A stretch of 64,000 bases of DNA from Amphiscolops sp. MND2022 (Eukaryota). Every line of letters starts with the position of its first letter. Position 1 is the first letter of the stretch. The notes under the pieces were generated by a model. That model saw nothing but the letters and a program-made list of their open reading frames with translations, had not been told where the DNA came from and ran no database searches. The translations under genes were made by a program, and so were the position numbers. This document shows positions 47,891 to 62,187 of this stretch, in pieces. The DNA is taken from NCBI GenBank assembly GCA_964187785.1, contig OZ076409.1:28584001-28648000 (forward strand), in the 5' to 3' direction.

Positions 47891-50046
47891 TTTGGACATT
47901 GAATGCTCTGAAGGAAACATTAAAGTTTGTGTGGCGAACTAAATTGAGGCAGTTATTGATAACTGGAACCTGAGCTTCCGTGTTTGTAAAGTGGCTTCAT
48001 TTATTTGTCCAATGTAACAAAAGTGCCACTTTGTAATTTTTCAGCCTCAAGAAGAGGTAGTTTTAATGGTTTGCGACCTATTGTCATAATGATACTCCAA
48101 TAGCGTAACGTAAAAAGTAACAAAACGCGTTTAAAAAGTCACCTTTGTAGAACCGAATTGCTTAGATCCGAACTATCCAGTATCGAAAAGGATAAGTTCA
48201 ATAAGCATTTTGAAAAATTGGTTTAATGAATCGACCTTCCACCGGAGGCGCTGTGCGATCTTGCAGGTCGGCTTTCCTCAAAGTCAGCCACTGTTCAATT
48301 AGTGGAACGTCGCTCTTTTGCGTTTGCATTTTTGTGATAGTAAAAGTAATCAAATCTTCTGATAGAACATAAGATCGTTTCAATTCGGTCACAGGTAATT
48401 TTTCGATTCCAAATTATCCGACCTTGCACAGAAATCCAAGCATCTAGTGATTCGAGAAATTGAGTTTTTACGTGTTAATTAATTTTTGTTCAATGTTTGT
48501 GAATTATATTAGTGAATGATTTAGAACGTCCCACGTCTATCTCCACGCATTTCAAAATTAGGGGAAAATAAAAGTTCTGATTATTGAAGCATTTGAGGTC
48601 TTAAGACCGCAGTTAAGTGAACCTGCCATTCGAGTAAAGCAAGTTTTAATAATCGTTTGGAATTGTTGCAAAACCATGATATTGGCACAAAATTCTCAAA
48701 GTCTCTTCGACCATACCTCCATGATCAGTCTCCTAGCAAATACCTTTTACTACAGGTCAACCTAGCAAATTTTGATACCATCAAGTCTTCAACTTTAAAC
48801 TGGTTTAAGCATTTTCAGAAACCTTCAAAGTTGTTGGACTGCTTGTGTCAGCGGCATACCAGCAGTGTACTTGTTTTAGTGTTCGCTCCCAAAATCCTCT
48901 GAAACCCCTTGATGTTTGCTAATACTTAATTAACTTTGGTGTATTTTGCTATGTAATATAATTATATCTACGACGATGTATTACCTTGAATACTGATTTT
49001 AATTGAAAAGTGTTTTCCTCATAATACACAAAGATCACAGAAGTCAAGTTTGACTACCGGTGAGATTTCCGTTACTTATTGGTTGGTCTTCGAGAGTTTC
49101 AGATAAGACCCTGTTATACAGAACTGTGATCAAGAAATCATCCTCCGGGCCAATTTTAGACTCGATTCCTTCGAAGCCGGTTGAAAATTTCGGAAAACAA
49201 ACAATAAAAGTTTCTTCGGATTTCATCTAGGTTACTGTTTTCTGAAATTTGGGCAAATTGAGGCTTTTCCCAAATTTTCTAATTCTCGACTGTCTTACCT
49301 ACAGCTTTATTTGGTAAGTTTTAACACCTCCAAATTTATTGAAGCCATGGATAGTTTGTTTTTTTTGGAAATAATCAGCTGTTTTAGAGATAGCAGGCTC
49401 AAAAGGTTTTAAAAAATCTTCAATTTGCATATTTTAAATTTGGTTTTTGAATTTTCACGAAACTACCATTATTGCTTTTCAATTCAGAATGTTTCTGGTA
49501 CAAACAGATACCACTAGATTCTAAGCTGTTGAATTCTAATCTGTGAAATCCACATAATCTAAAATTTCGGCACCAGGTTAACAAAACTTAGCTCAAAACT
49601 GAGAAAATATCTGAGGTTCTTTTAGCGAATGAGATTTTGCTTGATGCACCGAGCAAAACTGAAAATGACAGCAAATGAACACTTTCATGTGGTTGATAAG
49701 GACTCTCAGCACATAGGGGGCTACATCTTCGTAACAGTAATGTATTCTTGCCCACGTGAAGGGTTATTATATTCACTTGGCATAAAAACCAATTCATGAA
49801 AAAGTAAATCAGGCAGTCAATTACCGTTGAGTCAAATACCTCCTTATTATCTTTAAGCTTCCTCAATCTCAACTCGAAGTAATTTTAAATTCAGCTATAA
49901 GGTTTCTCGTTCAAAACATTTTGTTTATCAAAAAAGGTCAAAAAGAAAACTAAAAGATGATAGGAGCTAAGATTAAAAACAAATTTTCACGAATCAAAAA
50001 TGAATCAAAGTTGGACTCGTTTTGTTCATCTCAATTCATCATCCAA

Positions 50047-53000
50047 TCACTGCGAGTAAGAAGTGTTCACACTTCCAATCAGCTGATCGGCCACCTGTGC
50101 CGCACAGTTTAGACCACTAAGAAGAGCCCCATGTGCAGATGCAGGGTAATTTCTACTGGTGTGCTCACCCGCGAAAAACAAATTGCACTTTCCTGACCTC
50201 AATCCTGAAACAGAACAAACATGCCTTGTTCAAAAATATACAGGCACTAATTACATAGCGATTATTGCAAAGGACGAGTTCAAGAGCTTCTTTAGATGAT
50301 GTTCACACGTTTATGCGGCCTGAAAACCACTTTTTGAGCAAACCGAAAAATGAATATTTCTCCCGAATTATAGCCGTGTTTACTATTCTTTGTGGGATTC
50401 AACTAGAATAAACTGAATTTGCGCCATGCCGTGAAAAGCCATTGGCATATCTGAGCACAGTATATTGGCTTTCAAAACTCTAACCTGAAACCGGTTTTGC
50501 AATGGCATCATAATCGTCGCCAGAGGCTCCAATGGCCACGTAGGAGTATGCACCACATGCATACATGTCATCGCGCCACCTAGTCACTATTTTCTCCTTT
50601 AGACGACTCATCGTGTCGGGGTACAACGTTCTCAGACATGTGAGACATCTCTGCACTATACTGTCGTCGTCGAGTTCGTCCATTATGACAGTGGATTCGC
50701 CCGCTATCAGAGCCAAGAGCACGGGGGCGTCCCAAAGACTGTTGAAGAGGAAACACTCTCCGCGAGCAGCGCTGTGGGAGTTGACAAAGCCAAACATGTG
50801 AGTTGAGGAGTCCCAGAACTTCTTCTCAAAACATAGAACAACTTTCATGAGGTTGCCGAAACCCAGTCTGTCGATGGCCGACAGTTTCCAGTCGGGGAGT
50901 TCTGGGTTGAAGTAGATCAGAGGTGGCTCTTCTTTTAGCACCCCTAAAGGAACACTGACCACAACTGCATCTGCTCGGTATTCCTCCTTTCCGGAACCTG
51001 AATCAGCCAACAGTTGAAAACAAACTTACTTAACCTTACCGGGAAAAAGCCAATAAATTTCCTTCAGGGTTGGTTTTAAAAACTTATAAAAAATACTTTT
51101 AAAAGTTTAAAACGTTTCACAACAGTTTTGAAAGAGTGTTTAAGAGCACAGAAATGAATTAAAATTACGGCAACAAACATCAGAACTCGAAACCGAAGTC
51201 AGCAATCGGATACAAAATGACTGCTCTCAAACTTTTCTTCAAGTTCATTCAGAATTTGTAAACATTTTGTCTTCTCGCCTTCCCATAAGTTGAAATTTAT
51301 TGCTATCAGCGTTTAAGATTGCATCTCAGGTTAAACATAACGAAATGATAGTTTCCTTCACTTCAATACAAAATACTTGAGAACAGATTTTTACACAACT
51401 TAGCTTCTTGATCAGTTCCATCCGACCAGCTCTGAGCTAAGTTTGTGAACTAACCAGAGTCACTGTCGTCCAAGTCGATATCCATAGCGTGTTGAGAAGA
51501 TGCATCGCGTTTGGAAACACCTTTGCCAGTGACATCTACACACGAAACAGAGACCGAAGAAGCACTGTAGTCAATGCTGCGAACACACTTCTTGAACTTG
51601 ACATCCAGGCCAGTCGCAAGGTTGTCAGTTATCGTTCCGAGTCCCGACTGAATCGAGTAGTGGTCTCCAGGCATCTCGAAATGATCATCTAGGCAACGTC
51701 ACAATGCTGCTAGTTTCAAATTGTATTTTTGATAATTCTTAACGCCAATAGCAGCATTATAAAACTATGCATAAAACATAACCCCTGAAATAGTCAAAGA
51801 AAATGCATGATAAGACGGTTATATATTTTTTTCACTAATTCTTATCCTCAAAAGAAGTTGAATGTCAAGATTGGTTTCAAATCATTTCGTAAGCAATAGT
51901 CGAAAAACTTCAGAGGAATTGAAAGTTTGTTGAATAAAATTTCGAAACTGGATCATCGTCGTCACAAAAACAGATGAGCTAAATAAGTTTTCCTCGACCG
52001 ATCAAGACAAATGGACTGTTATTCAATACGAATTCAAGAGCTTCATACATAATTGCATTCAGTTCACGAATCAAGAAGTACATGTATGTTACTAACCCTG
52101 ATCCCATTGACTGAGAGATAGTGTGTTGAGAGGAGTGGCGTTGGCGAATTCAAGATTGGCCACATGCCAGTCTAAGATATTGCGATCTTCAGTGGACAGA
52201 TAAGTATCGATAGGAACATCGTCCTTGATATCATCAAACTTCCCCTGCAGATTTTTGATTTCTTTGATCACGTTCCGGTACTTTGTGATTAGGTCTTGAC
52301 TGTTATGCACAGCTGACTTGAATTGGAACTCCTCAATCACATTTCTGGTGCTCTTGTTTTCGTATTTCTTAACCACCGATTTCGACTGTTCTACGTTCTG
52401 ATACAACGCTTGGGCTTCTAAAGAGCGGTCTCGGATCTCTTTCTGGAGATTGACGAGGTTTTGGAAGAACTTTTCTTTCTTTTTTAACAAAGTCTGTTCC
52501 TGATGCATGATTATCAATTCAATAGTCTGACCCAGGGACACCGGTCTTCCGGGAATGGTCTCCACAAACCCCAGTTGAGCAGCTGCGTATCTGGATGCAT
52601 CCAGAAGCCTATTGAACTCTTCCTCGATCACAGCGTCCTTTTCCTTGGGTACTTCTTGACCGAGATGATTGTACAACTTGCAGGAATTTTTGATTCTTCG
52701 GAAAGGAATGTTGAACTGATGTGCCAACATGGAAAATGGGTTACCTACAATGAAATTTACAAATACTGCAGAAAATTCATATAATTATCGGTGATAGAAT
52801 TTTTGATTAACAAGGTTGATTATCTTTTAATTTAAAAAACGGAAAAGAACTTTTATTTTGCCAAAAATAAAATATTTGGCAAAATAAAAGTTCACTGCTG
52901 GTAATTTTGTACTAATGTGCAGAGCTGGAATGACAAATATAGCAAGTTCATACTTTCCAATTTAATTCTGAAAAATTCATGAATATATCGAATTTTGCCA

Positions 53001-56000
53001 AAAAATTAAATCTGCAATATAACAAGTTATATAAGTTAAATATGCCATCAGTAATTTATTGATGGCATATTTAACTTATATAACTTGTTATATTGCAGAG
53101 TTAATTTTTTGGCAAAATTCGATATATTCATGAATTTTCAGAATTAAACTGGAAAGTATGAACTTGCAATATTTGTCATTCCAGCGCTGTACATTAGTAC
53201 AATATTATCAGGCAGTGAACTTTTATTTTGCCAAATATTTTATAATTTTTCCTATCGAATTTGTAGACCAAAATTGGCTATATACATATCATGGCAAGAG
53301 AACCAATTCCCAAAAACCTCAAAAAGCTTCTAAGGCAGTTTAGACAGTGGAAAACTTAGTTGGTGTATTTATGGTCACGCTTTGGAATTCAATTGAATTT
53401 AACGATCGAATAATTCACTAAATAGTTCGTAATTTTTTAATGAATTAAGAATAATGTGATTCAAGCCAAATTTGTTTGGTACTCGTACAGCTACACTCCT
53501 GTGATGAAAGAATAGAACACCTAATTGATTATAAAGTTTGGAACGCCTGATAACCTTGTCTAAACTATAGACCACAAACGCCTGATAACTAATTTCTCAA
53601 AAAGTGTCAATTTTTCATAAATATGATAGATTTAAAAGTTTCTCCGATTTATATTTAGTTTACATTTCTTTAATTTTGGAACTTCCACCGCCAGTATGAG
53701 ATGAATTTGTGAAAAACGCTGTTTAAAAATAATATATTGGAAAATCACTTTTAAAGTCTATATTAAGAGCAGAAGCTAGTCATTAATTACTTTTTCACAT
53801 TGATCAAAATCATTAACTAATTGCACTCAAAAATTTTGAGCTCCCGAATATTTACATCTGAAAGATTATCACAAATCCATGGTCTTCGTTCTATACCCAA
53901 AATTATAACATGTACAGGAAATTTTTCATTGGAGCATGTCAATTTTCTTCAGACGTGTAAACACCAAGTACCTCAAAGTTTGACAGTGCAATCAATGAGA
54001 AATGACAAACAGATGAATAGAAACTCAATTAGAATGGTTTCTAAAACACAATCATTAAGAAAAGTCATCAGTTCCACAGGATCAAAAAGTAACAAAGAAG
54101 TCACCCTCAAGGCTCGGAAAACAGAAAACCAAAAATTGTGAAAACTTTTCAAACATTTTTCTTACTTCAGTGGAAGTGGTCATCTATGCTCGCAAAAGGC
54201 TTTGTTTCAGCTGAAAATCGAGGGAGGGAGTTTAGGTTTTGAAAAAAATATGAAAAAGTCGCATGAAGTTGAAAAAATTCTCCCCACTTTGGTCTCTCCC
54301 TACTTTTGCGAATTTTTTTTTCGTTCAGTGCGAGACTCAAACCCACGTCTCCCTGTTTCTTAGACCGCGGGAAATCAGCGTTAACCACTAGACCAAGTGA
54401 CTCACTTTGCAAAATTGAAAAACTTTTGGTAGAACTATTTTGGACAGATCAGGTGTATCGAAAACAAGCCGGGACCGGCCCAAGTCGGCGCCATATCCAA
54501 GGCTCAAAAATAGCAAAAGGATTTCCAAGTGTCAATTTAAGGTACTCGAAAAACGAAAAAACAAAACAAATGGACCGAGTGGCGCGCTAAAAGGGGGAAC
54601 ACTTCCGAAATTGTCAACATTTTTGTCGCAGTTGAAGGGGGACCCTTTGGAGAAAAAACACATTTTCGAAACGTCTCAACGCCGAAAAACTGAAAGGGGG
54701 ACCCATTGGGATTTTTAAACACCCATTCTGTTGTAGAATATCAAAGAAACTGAAGGGGGCCCTTTGGAGAGAAAAAAATTTTAGGAAAAGGTCCCACAAT
54801 GCCTTTTTGGTTCAGTTCGCTAGGGCAAATGGTGCAATTTGGTGCAATAATATTTTGTAGAACTTTCAAGAACTATTTTGGTCAGTTCGTGTGGATAAAA
54901 AAAATAAAACAGGAGCAACTTCCATTGCGCGACGGCTCCGAGCAGACGATCTCTTCGAGGCTTCAAATTATTCAGCAAGGAAAATTAGATTCCAGCGCGT
55001 GTCCAGGGATCATATGACCTTTCATTGTATTATGCCAAAGAGCGTTGGCTAGGTCACTTGTACGAGACGATGTGATTTACAGTAATCTCTGCGGCAGTTG
55101 ACGCTAGATAAAGCATTAAACGTCTATTGTGAAGAAATATTGTACAGAAACCATACTCACGCTTTGCTTTTCTGGAAGGATTAATATTCAACAAGACGCC
55201 CGCTAAGCACCAGGATATTTTCCGCGACACTCTTATTGCAAAAAAAGTATGGCGAAGGAGAGGATCGAACCCACGACCTACTGGCTGGGAAAGCAATAAG
55301 TGAAGTGCACTTCACTCGATGGAGTGGAGATAAAGTGGAATTTTGGCAGAATTTGTATAAAAAACGCATTACAGATCATGACTTTCCTCCCCCATTTATG
55401 TCAAATCAGCTGATAGAGACAGAGACTGGGAAATGAAAGCTGAATATTGTTTCGAGAATAGATGAAACAATAGAGATTTTCGAATAAATGACGTCCACAT
55501 AAATAAAGTGGGTTGTTGTATACCTGTGGGGCTCTATGTTGCCACTGATACGTTAGCCGACGCCTCGGTTTTGGCCGGTTTGATGTGGTTTATCAACCGA
55601 AAATAGTCAAAATCGGCAAAAACTTTTAAAGTTATCAGAAATTTCACGTTTCCGAAGCTTAAAAAATCGCGCCGGCCTAGAAATGTCGGAAAATCTCTGA
55701 GAGGGCCCAGGAGTAATGGATTCTACGGAAGTGCGCCCAAGCACCCCTAATTGCATGGGGTACGTCAAAACACAGTTTTTTCGCAAAAAAAAACGTATTT
55801 CGCAAAAAACCCAAAAACTTTCCGATTTTTATTCGCCATTTTCTCAACGACCAATGATCGTAGGATAATGAAACTTTCATGAGCTTAGAGAAAACATCCT
55901 CTTGCGTCGGTTGGTACTAATTATGGGCCGGTTCGATGTCGTTTAAGTAGTAAAATTGAGCAAAATCTAAATTTAGTATTTTTTTGCAAAAACCCCCAAA

Positions 56001-58082
56001 AATTCCGATTTTTAATCGCCATTTTCGCAACGCCCATTAATTGTAAGATAATGAAACTTTCACGACCTTAAAGAAGACATCCTCTTGCGTCAGTTGGTAC
56101 CTATTTTGAGACGGTTCGATATGGTTCAAGTGGTAAAATTACGCAAAATCGGAAAAAACCTAAAAATTTTCGCAAAAATTGTGTTTTCGAAGCTAATAAA
56201 ATCGCCCAGGCGGAAAATTTTCGGAGCCTTCTCACGAGGCCAGAAAAGGCATTCAGTTGCGGTTCTGTTTTTAAAATTTCGAATTGTCTCGGAGAAATAG
56301 GCTTGGAGAAAAATAGCCGAAACTTTTACTAATGCAGAGGGATGTCACGTTTTGGCGAAAAAAAACCCGACGCTAACAATAAGGCATCTCGCTTCACTTG
56401 TCGCCTATAATAAGAGTCACTATAATAGTCGCGTTCCACTTCATGAAGCGCCGACTAAAAAACTGACGAAAAGTCATGACTGTAGTCGCTCTTTTTTTTT
56501 AAAAAAAAAGTGCCGACTATAAATAACAGTAGCGCCTTATCCGTTCATACAAAAGTAGCATCAAATGCGATGAATTAACGTCAAACGCTAAAATAAACCA
56601 AGCGCATAACAGCGAGATTTCGCTGGATATTTGAATGAATGAGGCCCAACTTAAAATTATTCTGGTTTAACTTTGAAACACAGCCATGTAAGATACTATC
56701 TGAGTAAACATTCCTCCCTCCTATAACATCTTAAAATCTGTAAACTGAAATCAGTCCTTTGCAGAACATACCTCCGAGTCCGTAGACGACCATGGCCCCA
56801 AGGTCAGCCACATAATTGCCCTTTCTGAAGGTTTGGATCCTGCCACCCACGCGATCTCTGGCCTCCAAAACAGTCACATTGAAACCCAAAAACTGTAAAT
56901 GCCGGGCACAACTTAAACCAGATATACCGGCACCTATCACCAGAACGGATTTACCACTACGAGGCTTGGGTTTCACCTCCTCAAACACTCCGAAGTTGAT
57001 GTACCCGTATCGTTCTAAAAAACCATAAGCTTTGCAACTCAGGTTCGTTTGTTCCTTCGTGAATGCCAAGCCGTTGCTGAACAAGGAAGCATGGACATCT
57101 GGGTACGTCAGCTGGGTTTTCATGTTTTTAACCCACTCGTTCAAGATGAAGTTGCGAGAACTCAGATACATTTTCTTCTGAGCAACATTCGAAGTATTCT
57201 TGAGAAAAGGGAATTCGCGTTCCTCGTCTGAACAGAGATTGTGTGGATCCAGGCGCATCCGGAAAGCTGCCTGAAAATGTGAAGACTACTCATATCAATT
57301 TGATTATTCATTCCGACTTTTAGCAGCAACTGCTTAAAAGCCATTGTAGTCGGCGCATTTTACAAGAAAATGTTTCCGGCTATTACGGTGATTTGTTTTT
57401 TGCTCTAGACCATAGAGCTCACGATAAATGGTCCACTTTTTGAACAGACTTTGTTCAAGCCACAAAGTCTAGTGCTTTGTCTAGTGGATAGCAAGCGTGG
57501 CCAGTGCTGATACCTTTCGCAGAGAACCGACAGTGCCCTCTCGTTCTTCATAGTACCCGCGGCTACTGAGTAGATAAACTCAATAAATCCGGCCAGTAGT
57601 AAATTGTGGATATTATACTATCGAAATGGGACCAAAATTCACTGCGTTGATAGAATTTTTCTCCTTTTGCCATGATTATTGATTGTAAATGGGAGGAACG
57701 TTTGCCCCTAATTGACAATTTCTGCTGAAAGACGAAATCAAGTCTAAACCGAAAAATTTTGGAACAGAAAAACAACTTAAAGGGTGTCGAAAGTTGGAAG
57801 ATTAGTAGGGTAAAAGGTCACATGAACATGTTGAGAAGCAGAGAGGAGAGTAATTTGAGTGATGGAATCTGAATCATCATAACTTGCCTGGTGAGTGGGG
57901 TCATCAAACTCATTGATACGTGACTGAAAATCATCATCAAGTTCCTCGACTTCTTCTATGCGCAGATGCTCTTTAGAAGCGGAAGCGGTTGTATTTTTGG
58001 CACGATTCACGCTCTTCTCCATTTCAGCCTCATCGCTACTTTTGAAGTTTTTCCGTTTCACTCGCTTCCGACCACTCGACAT
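50047..58082 (-). CDS. KDM1A: Lysine-specific histone demethylase 1A (LSD1). Exons 50047-50204, 50485-50997, 51455-51688, 52097-52744 and 56772-57270; 5' exons (~57514-57565, ~57890-58082) not fully resolved
   Basis: SWIRM ([11 protein letters not shown]), FAD-binding VIGAGISGL and [23 protein letters not shown], Tower coiled coil, [11 protein letters not shown], catalytic GNL.KVVL and FFAGEHT...YPA.AHGA.LSG; exon phases are consistent. Confidence 0.95.
52867..53243. repeat. Near-perfect long palindrome (~185-bp arms, essentially no spacer) in a KDM1A intron
   Basis: Centre tatgccatcagtaatttattgatggcata; the arms match out to ataaaatatttggc / gccaaatattttat. Confidence 0.93.
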
Positions 58083-60114
58083 TTCTATCTGGAATTCTAA
58101 AATTTTTAAAATTAGGTTACCTCAGACGTGAGCTGTTGCTGGTCGGATGCTCAAGAACGAATGGGTACATTTCACACGAAAAAAAATTAGGATAACGAAA
58201 CCAACATGGTTCAACAATGGTAATGAACCTTACTTCAATAATAACTTTGGTGAATGACTTACAGGCTTGATTATTCATTATTTCTATAATTGAATTTGGA
58301 TGGGGGCACATTGTTCATTATGTCATGCGGGGGATTATAGGAATTTACCAAGGCTCAAAACGGGTGGAGTAGGTTATGTATTCTTTACAACTTTTTTACG
58401 TGATCATTTCTTAACGTGATAGTTTGAGATTTTTTCAGTGTTGGACTGCGAACTACAAAAATTTGGCCTATTGCCATTATGGCGGTGTTGGTTAGGTACA
58501 CCCTGCCAGCCTGTTGACCAGGAGTTCAAACGTTTCATTCCTCTGTCGAGTTTTACGTTTTTGACAATTTCGGTTTTGATGGATTGGGCGGAACACATTC
58601 CAGTGTTAACCTGGCCTATTAATTTGTTCTGGAAAGGATATTCTCGACGGGCTCGCACAAAAACTATTGAAGTGCTTCGACGACTCCACATTTTCTGTTC
58701 AAAATAATATGAATCGACATCCATCAGGCGGCTTGGGAAAGCGCCAAAAATTTTCAATACATTTGAATGATGGTAATTTTTTTCATCATATAAAAAGTGT
58801 ATGATGTCGAAAAGTAGATTTGATGTCGATTTGCCCGTAGATTGTCATAGACAAAATTCCACTTTTTTTCCAGCCCGGTATTTGTGACCGCTTGGTTTTT
58901 TCAAATTTGAACCTCAGTTTCTCTCAAAAACCTTTAGGTTACAAAATTTTGGTTTTGTGGAAAGTATTTTTTGCAGGAATTTTCACAAAAACAAAGAATG
59001 GCCACTGGTCGCTATTTCGGTGAAACTGTAGAGCTACTGGATTATTCTGCTTTATCGACACAAAATTTCACCAAAACATCTCAATTTTATCAAAATTGTC
59101 AAATACGAAATTTCTATAACTTGAAGAAATCTATGGGAATGGATTTACAAAACATTTTCAAAAGCTTTTTTGATATGAAGGCACTATGAGCTAATTTTCA
59201 AATTTCATTTTTTGTGAAACGTTTTGAAGCAATTGGAGTTGATCAGCAAGGGACAGAACTTTTACCGGTAAGTGTATATGCATCATTTCGGCGTAATTTG
59301 CAAATGTTTTGCAAAATTTTGCTTTGCGTTTTTTCCGGTAGATATCATAAGAAAATTCAAACTATAAAATTTTCCCATCTTGCAAACCTCATATCTTTAA
59401 ACTGAAGACAGATGCAGTAACCATGTCACAGTCGACTCGCTCGATTATTGAGTCATACTTGGTTTGAGAAACAATTCCAAAAGTTCCATTTCATGACTTT
59501 CTCTTAATAAAAGGACCGCGCGTATTGAAACCACAAGTTAGTTTTTAAAAGCTTGTTTGTGCCCATAGTACAGAGGGGGCGTGTCCGTAAAGAAAAATTG
59601 AAAGAAAAAGCAAAGAAGAACAGGTGTCAAAACGCTGCAAGCTGCAGAGCCTCCTTACAGTGTCAGTAACGGTCCCATAAAAACAAATTCTGAAAACATC
59701 GGCAAGTGGAGGATGATTTATAAAATAGGTCATCGTATCTCAATTTTATTGAACTCTATCTCAAAGTTCCATTTCATTATTTTTTCGGACGAAACAATTT
59801 CATCTTCGAACTGAAGACAGTTACAGCAACCATGTACACACATCCTGAACATCATAATTGTGGACTACCTTTGAGTCGAGAAAGTTTCTCGCTCAAGTTT
59901 CCGCTTAGTGCGTTTTCGACTGGAGACTTGAAACAATTTCATGGAAGTTTGCTTTTTTCTTATGGATTCTCCTGAAAGCTTTTTGAGATGATCCGGCGTC
60001 TCCTTCGCATATCCTTCCTTCGGTAACTAACTACTCACACTTTTCACACTTTTCAAAGGTAATTTTCGCGAGGCTTTCGCTAAGCACCCTAGCGCCTGTT
60101 TGTTTCTATTTCAG

Positions 60115-60282
60115 GCTATATTCAGTTAATTTCATGATTTGACTACGGCTGTAATCGAACGCAAATAAAAATGTGCCTGTGTGGTAGTGGCCAGTAGGTT
60201 ACTGGTCACTATCACATAGGCACATTTTTATTTGCCGTTCGATTACAGCCGTAGTCAAATCATGAAAATAACTGAATATAGC
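60115..60282. repeat. Hairpin-forming inverted repeat with ~82-bp arms and a 3-nt loop
   Basis: gctatattcagtta...gtggccagta ggt tactggtcac...taactgaatatagc. Confidence 0.92.
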
Positions 60283-60622
60283 TGAATATAACTTGAAGTG
60301 ATAGCCAGTTAAAAACAATATAATCTGTTTTTCTCGAAAAAACCTATTCGAACATTTTGAACGAATATTAACCAAATTATTTATACGCTCGAAGTTCGTG
60401 AAAACTACGAGGAGGTTGTTTAGTTTTCTCTTCATCTCCTTTTAATGCCTATCCACAGCACTGTTATTCGGTTGAATTTGACTAAAAAAGAAATGGGTAC
60501 ATTTCACGCATGGAAAATCATTAGGATCACGCTACGAAAACTTCCTCCGCCACAATCCTCAATGGGAGCAGATTGTTAACAAGGTATGAGCTGAGATGTG
60601 CATTTTTCATATGGGTCTTAAA

Positions 60623-61036
60623 GGCAGCACGAAATTTCGTACAAAAACCAACACCCGACATTTCGTACAAAAACGAAACCAGACATTTCGTACAAAAATG
60701 AAACCCAACATTTCGTGCAATTTATATACAATTTATTATTATAACGTAGTCAGCTATGTTCACATACCCCTAGTGCCCTAAAAGCAGGAGCGAAGCGAAG
60801 TGGAGCGACGTGCCATTTGGCCATGCCTCAACGTTGCTACTTGTCGAAGGGAGCGAAGCGACCGAGCCATACAACATATATGCAAACCTCTTCAATTGAA
60901 TCAAGTTCCATACATATTGGAGGTAACAACACTGAAAGCTAGTAATTGTTGTTTGAGACTTATTTTGCAAATTTGTTCAATTTAATTTTGTACGAAATGT
61001 GGATTTTTTGGCTATTGTACGAAATGTCGTGGTGCC
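60623..61036. mobile_element. Mutator-like (MULE) MITE, 414 bp, 9-bp TSD
   Basis: TIR ggcagcacgaaatttcgtacaa / ttgtacgaaatgtcgtggtgcc; sub-terminal ACATTTCGTACAA repeats; TSD ggtcttaaa / ggtctcaaa; internal gagcgaagcga motifs. Confidence 0.82.
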
Positions 61037-62187
61037 GGTCTCAAACTATCTTGAGCTAAGCAATTTAATTTTCAAAAATTAAACAAGAACACCAGAAATT
61101 TTCTGAAACTGTTATCTATTCGTATGAATCAATAACTTCATCTAAGCGCTGACACCTATTTTTGAGACACGTCGTTATTAAGGCGAGTTTTAAGAATTCA
61201 ACTGTTTTGGATTTTTTCTTTCAATCCCCCCTATTGATAGCTTGAAATTCTGAGATCAATTGACAGCTGAACTTAGATTTCACCAACCATTTTAATTGGA
61301 TGGCTTCATAATTTTAAACTACGCAAGCTATTCCGCTGACATGGCGGGAATTGAATTGGTGGCAGGACTAATGAAAAAGATTTTCACTCACCATTTTTTC
61401 AGTTATGAATTAATTTTGCATTATTACAGTTCCGATGTAATAGCTACCGCTGTTGATTGCATGATTTTCTTCTGCATTTATAGATTAGATACATTATCAA
61501 AAGAGGAAAGTTTTCGTAAGATATTATCTGTATTGGGATTTATTTTGAGAGGAGACGCACTAAGAAATGAGATTTTTCATAGGATCCTTTTCACTGGTCA
61601 CCACTGACTAAAAGAGGTTGAAAGAAGCGACCTGACTTCATGGGACTAATGAAAGTTCATTGAACGTTTGATGCAAAAAAAAAACAAAAAGTCAACTTTC
61701 CTATCACCATAAAAACAAATTATGCATCTGATGAACTTACATGGGTTTGTAAAATCCCACACAACTTTAAAACTGCTATCACGGCATGAAAACAAATAAT
61801 TAGAATAAATGTTACTGCATTCGAAATAAAGATTCGAATCATTATCCAACGGAATGTACGCAATTCAGGTCAATTACATATTATTGGGTCAAGTTCAGTG
61901 ATATTTACTTCGAATCATTTCAAGATATCAAAATGAATAGATCTTTTCGGGCGGTTTACCACAGACCTGGAGTCGCAATTTATCAACTAGCAATCAAATA
62001 CATGTAAACCAACAGCTTGTTTACGAGATTAGGAAGGTCACTGAAGGTTGGCAAACAGCGAGATTATTCGATTCATTTACCAACGAGAAAAACATTTGAT
62101 GAAATGAACGGATGCAAATATTTGTCCAAAACAAAGGGCCGAAAGTAATCTCGCTTTCATTTTCGAATCATTCCTCTCATTTCAGCC

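Noticed and set aside
58400..58760. Faint Merlin/IS1595-like transposase remnant (THSSVN, TGSH, TIE)
   Set aside because: It needs several frameshifts and no TIRs were found; too weak to call without a profile search.
61300..62100. Further LINE RT remnants (HGFVKS; also GEVPAEWK at ~31700)
   Set aside because: Only isolated motifs; boundaries and family cannot be supported.
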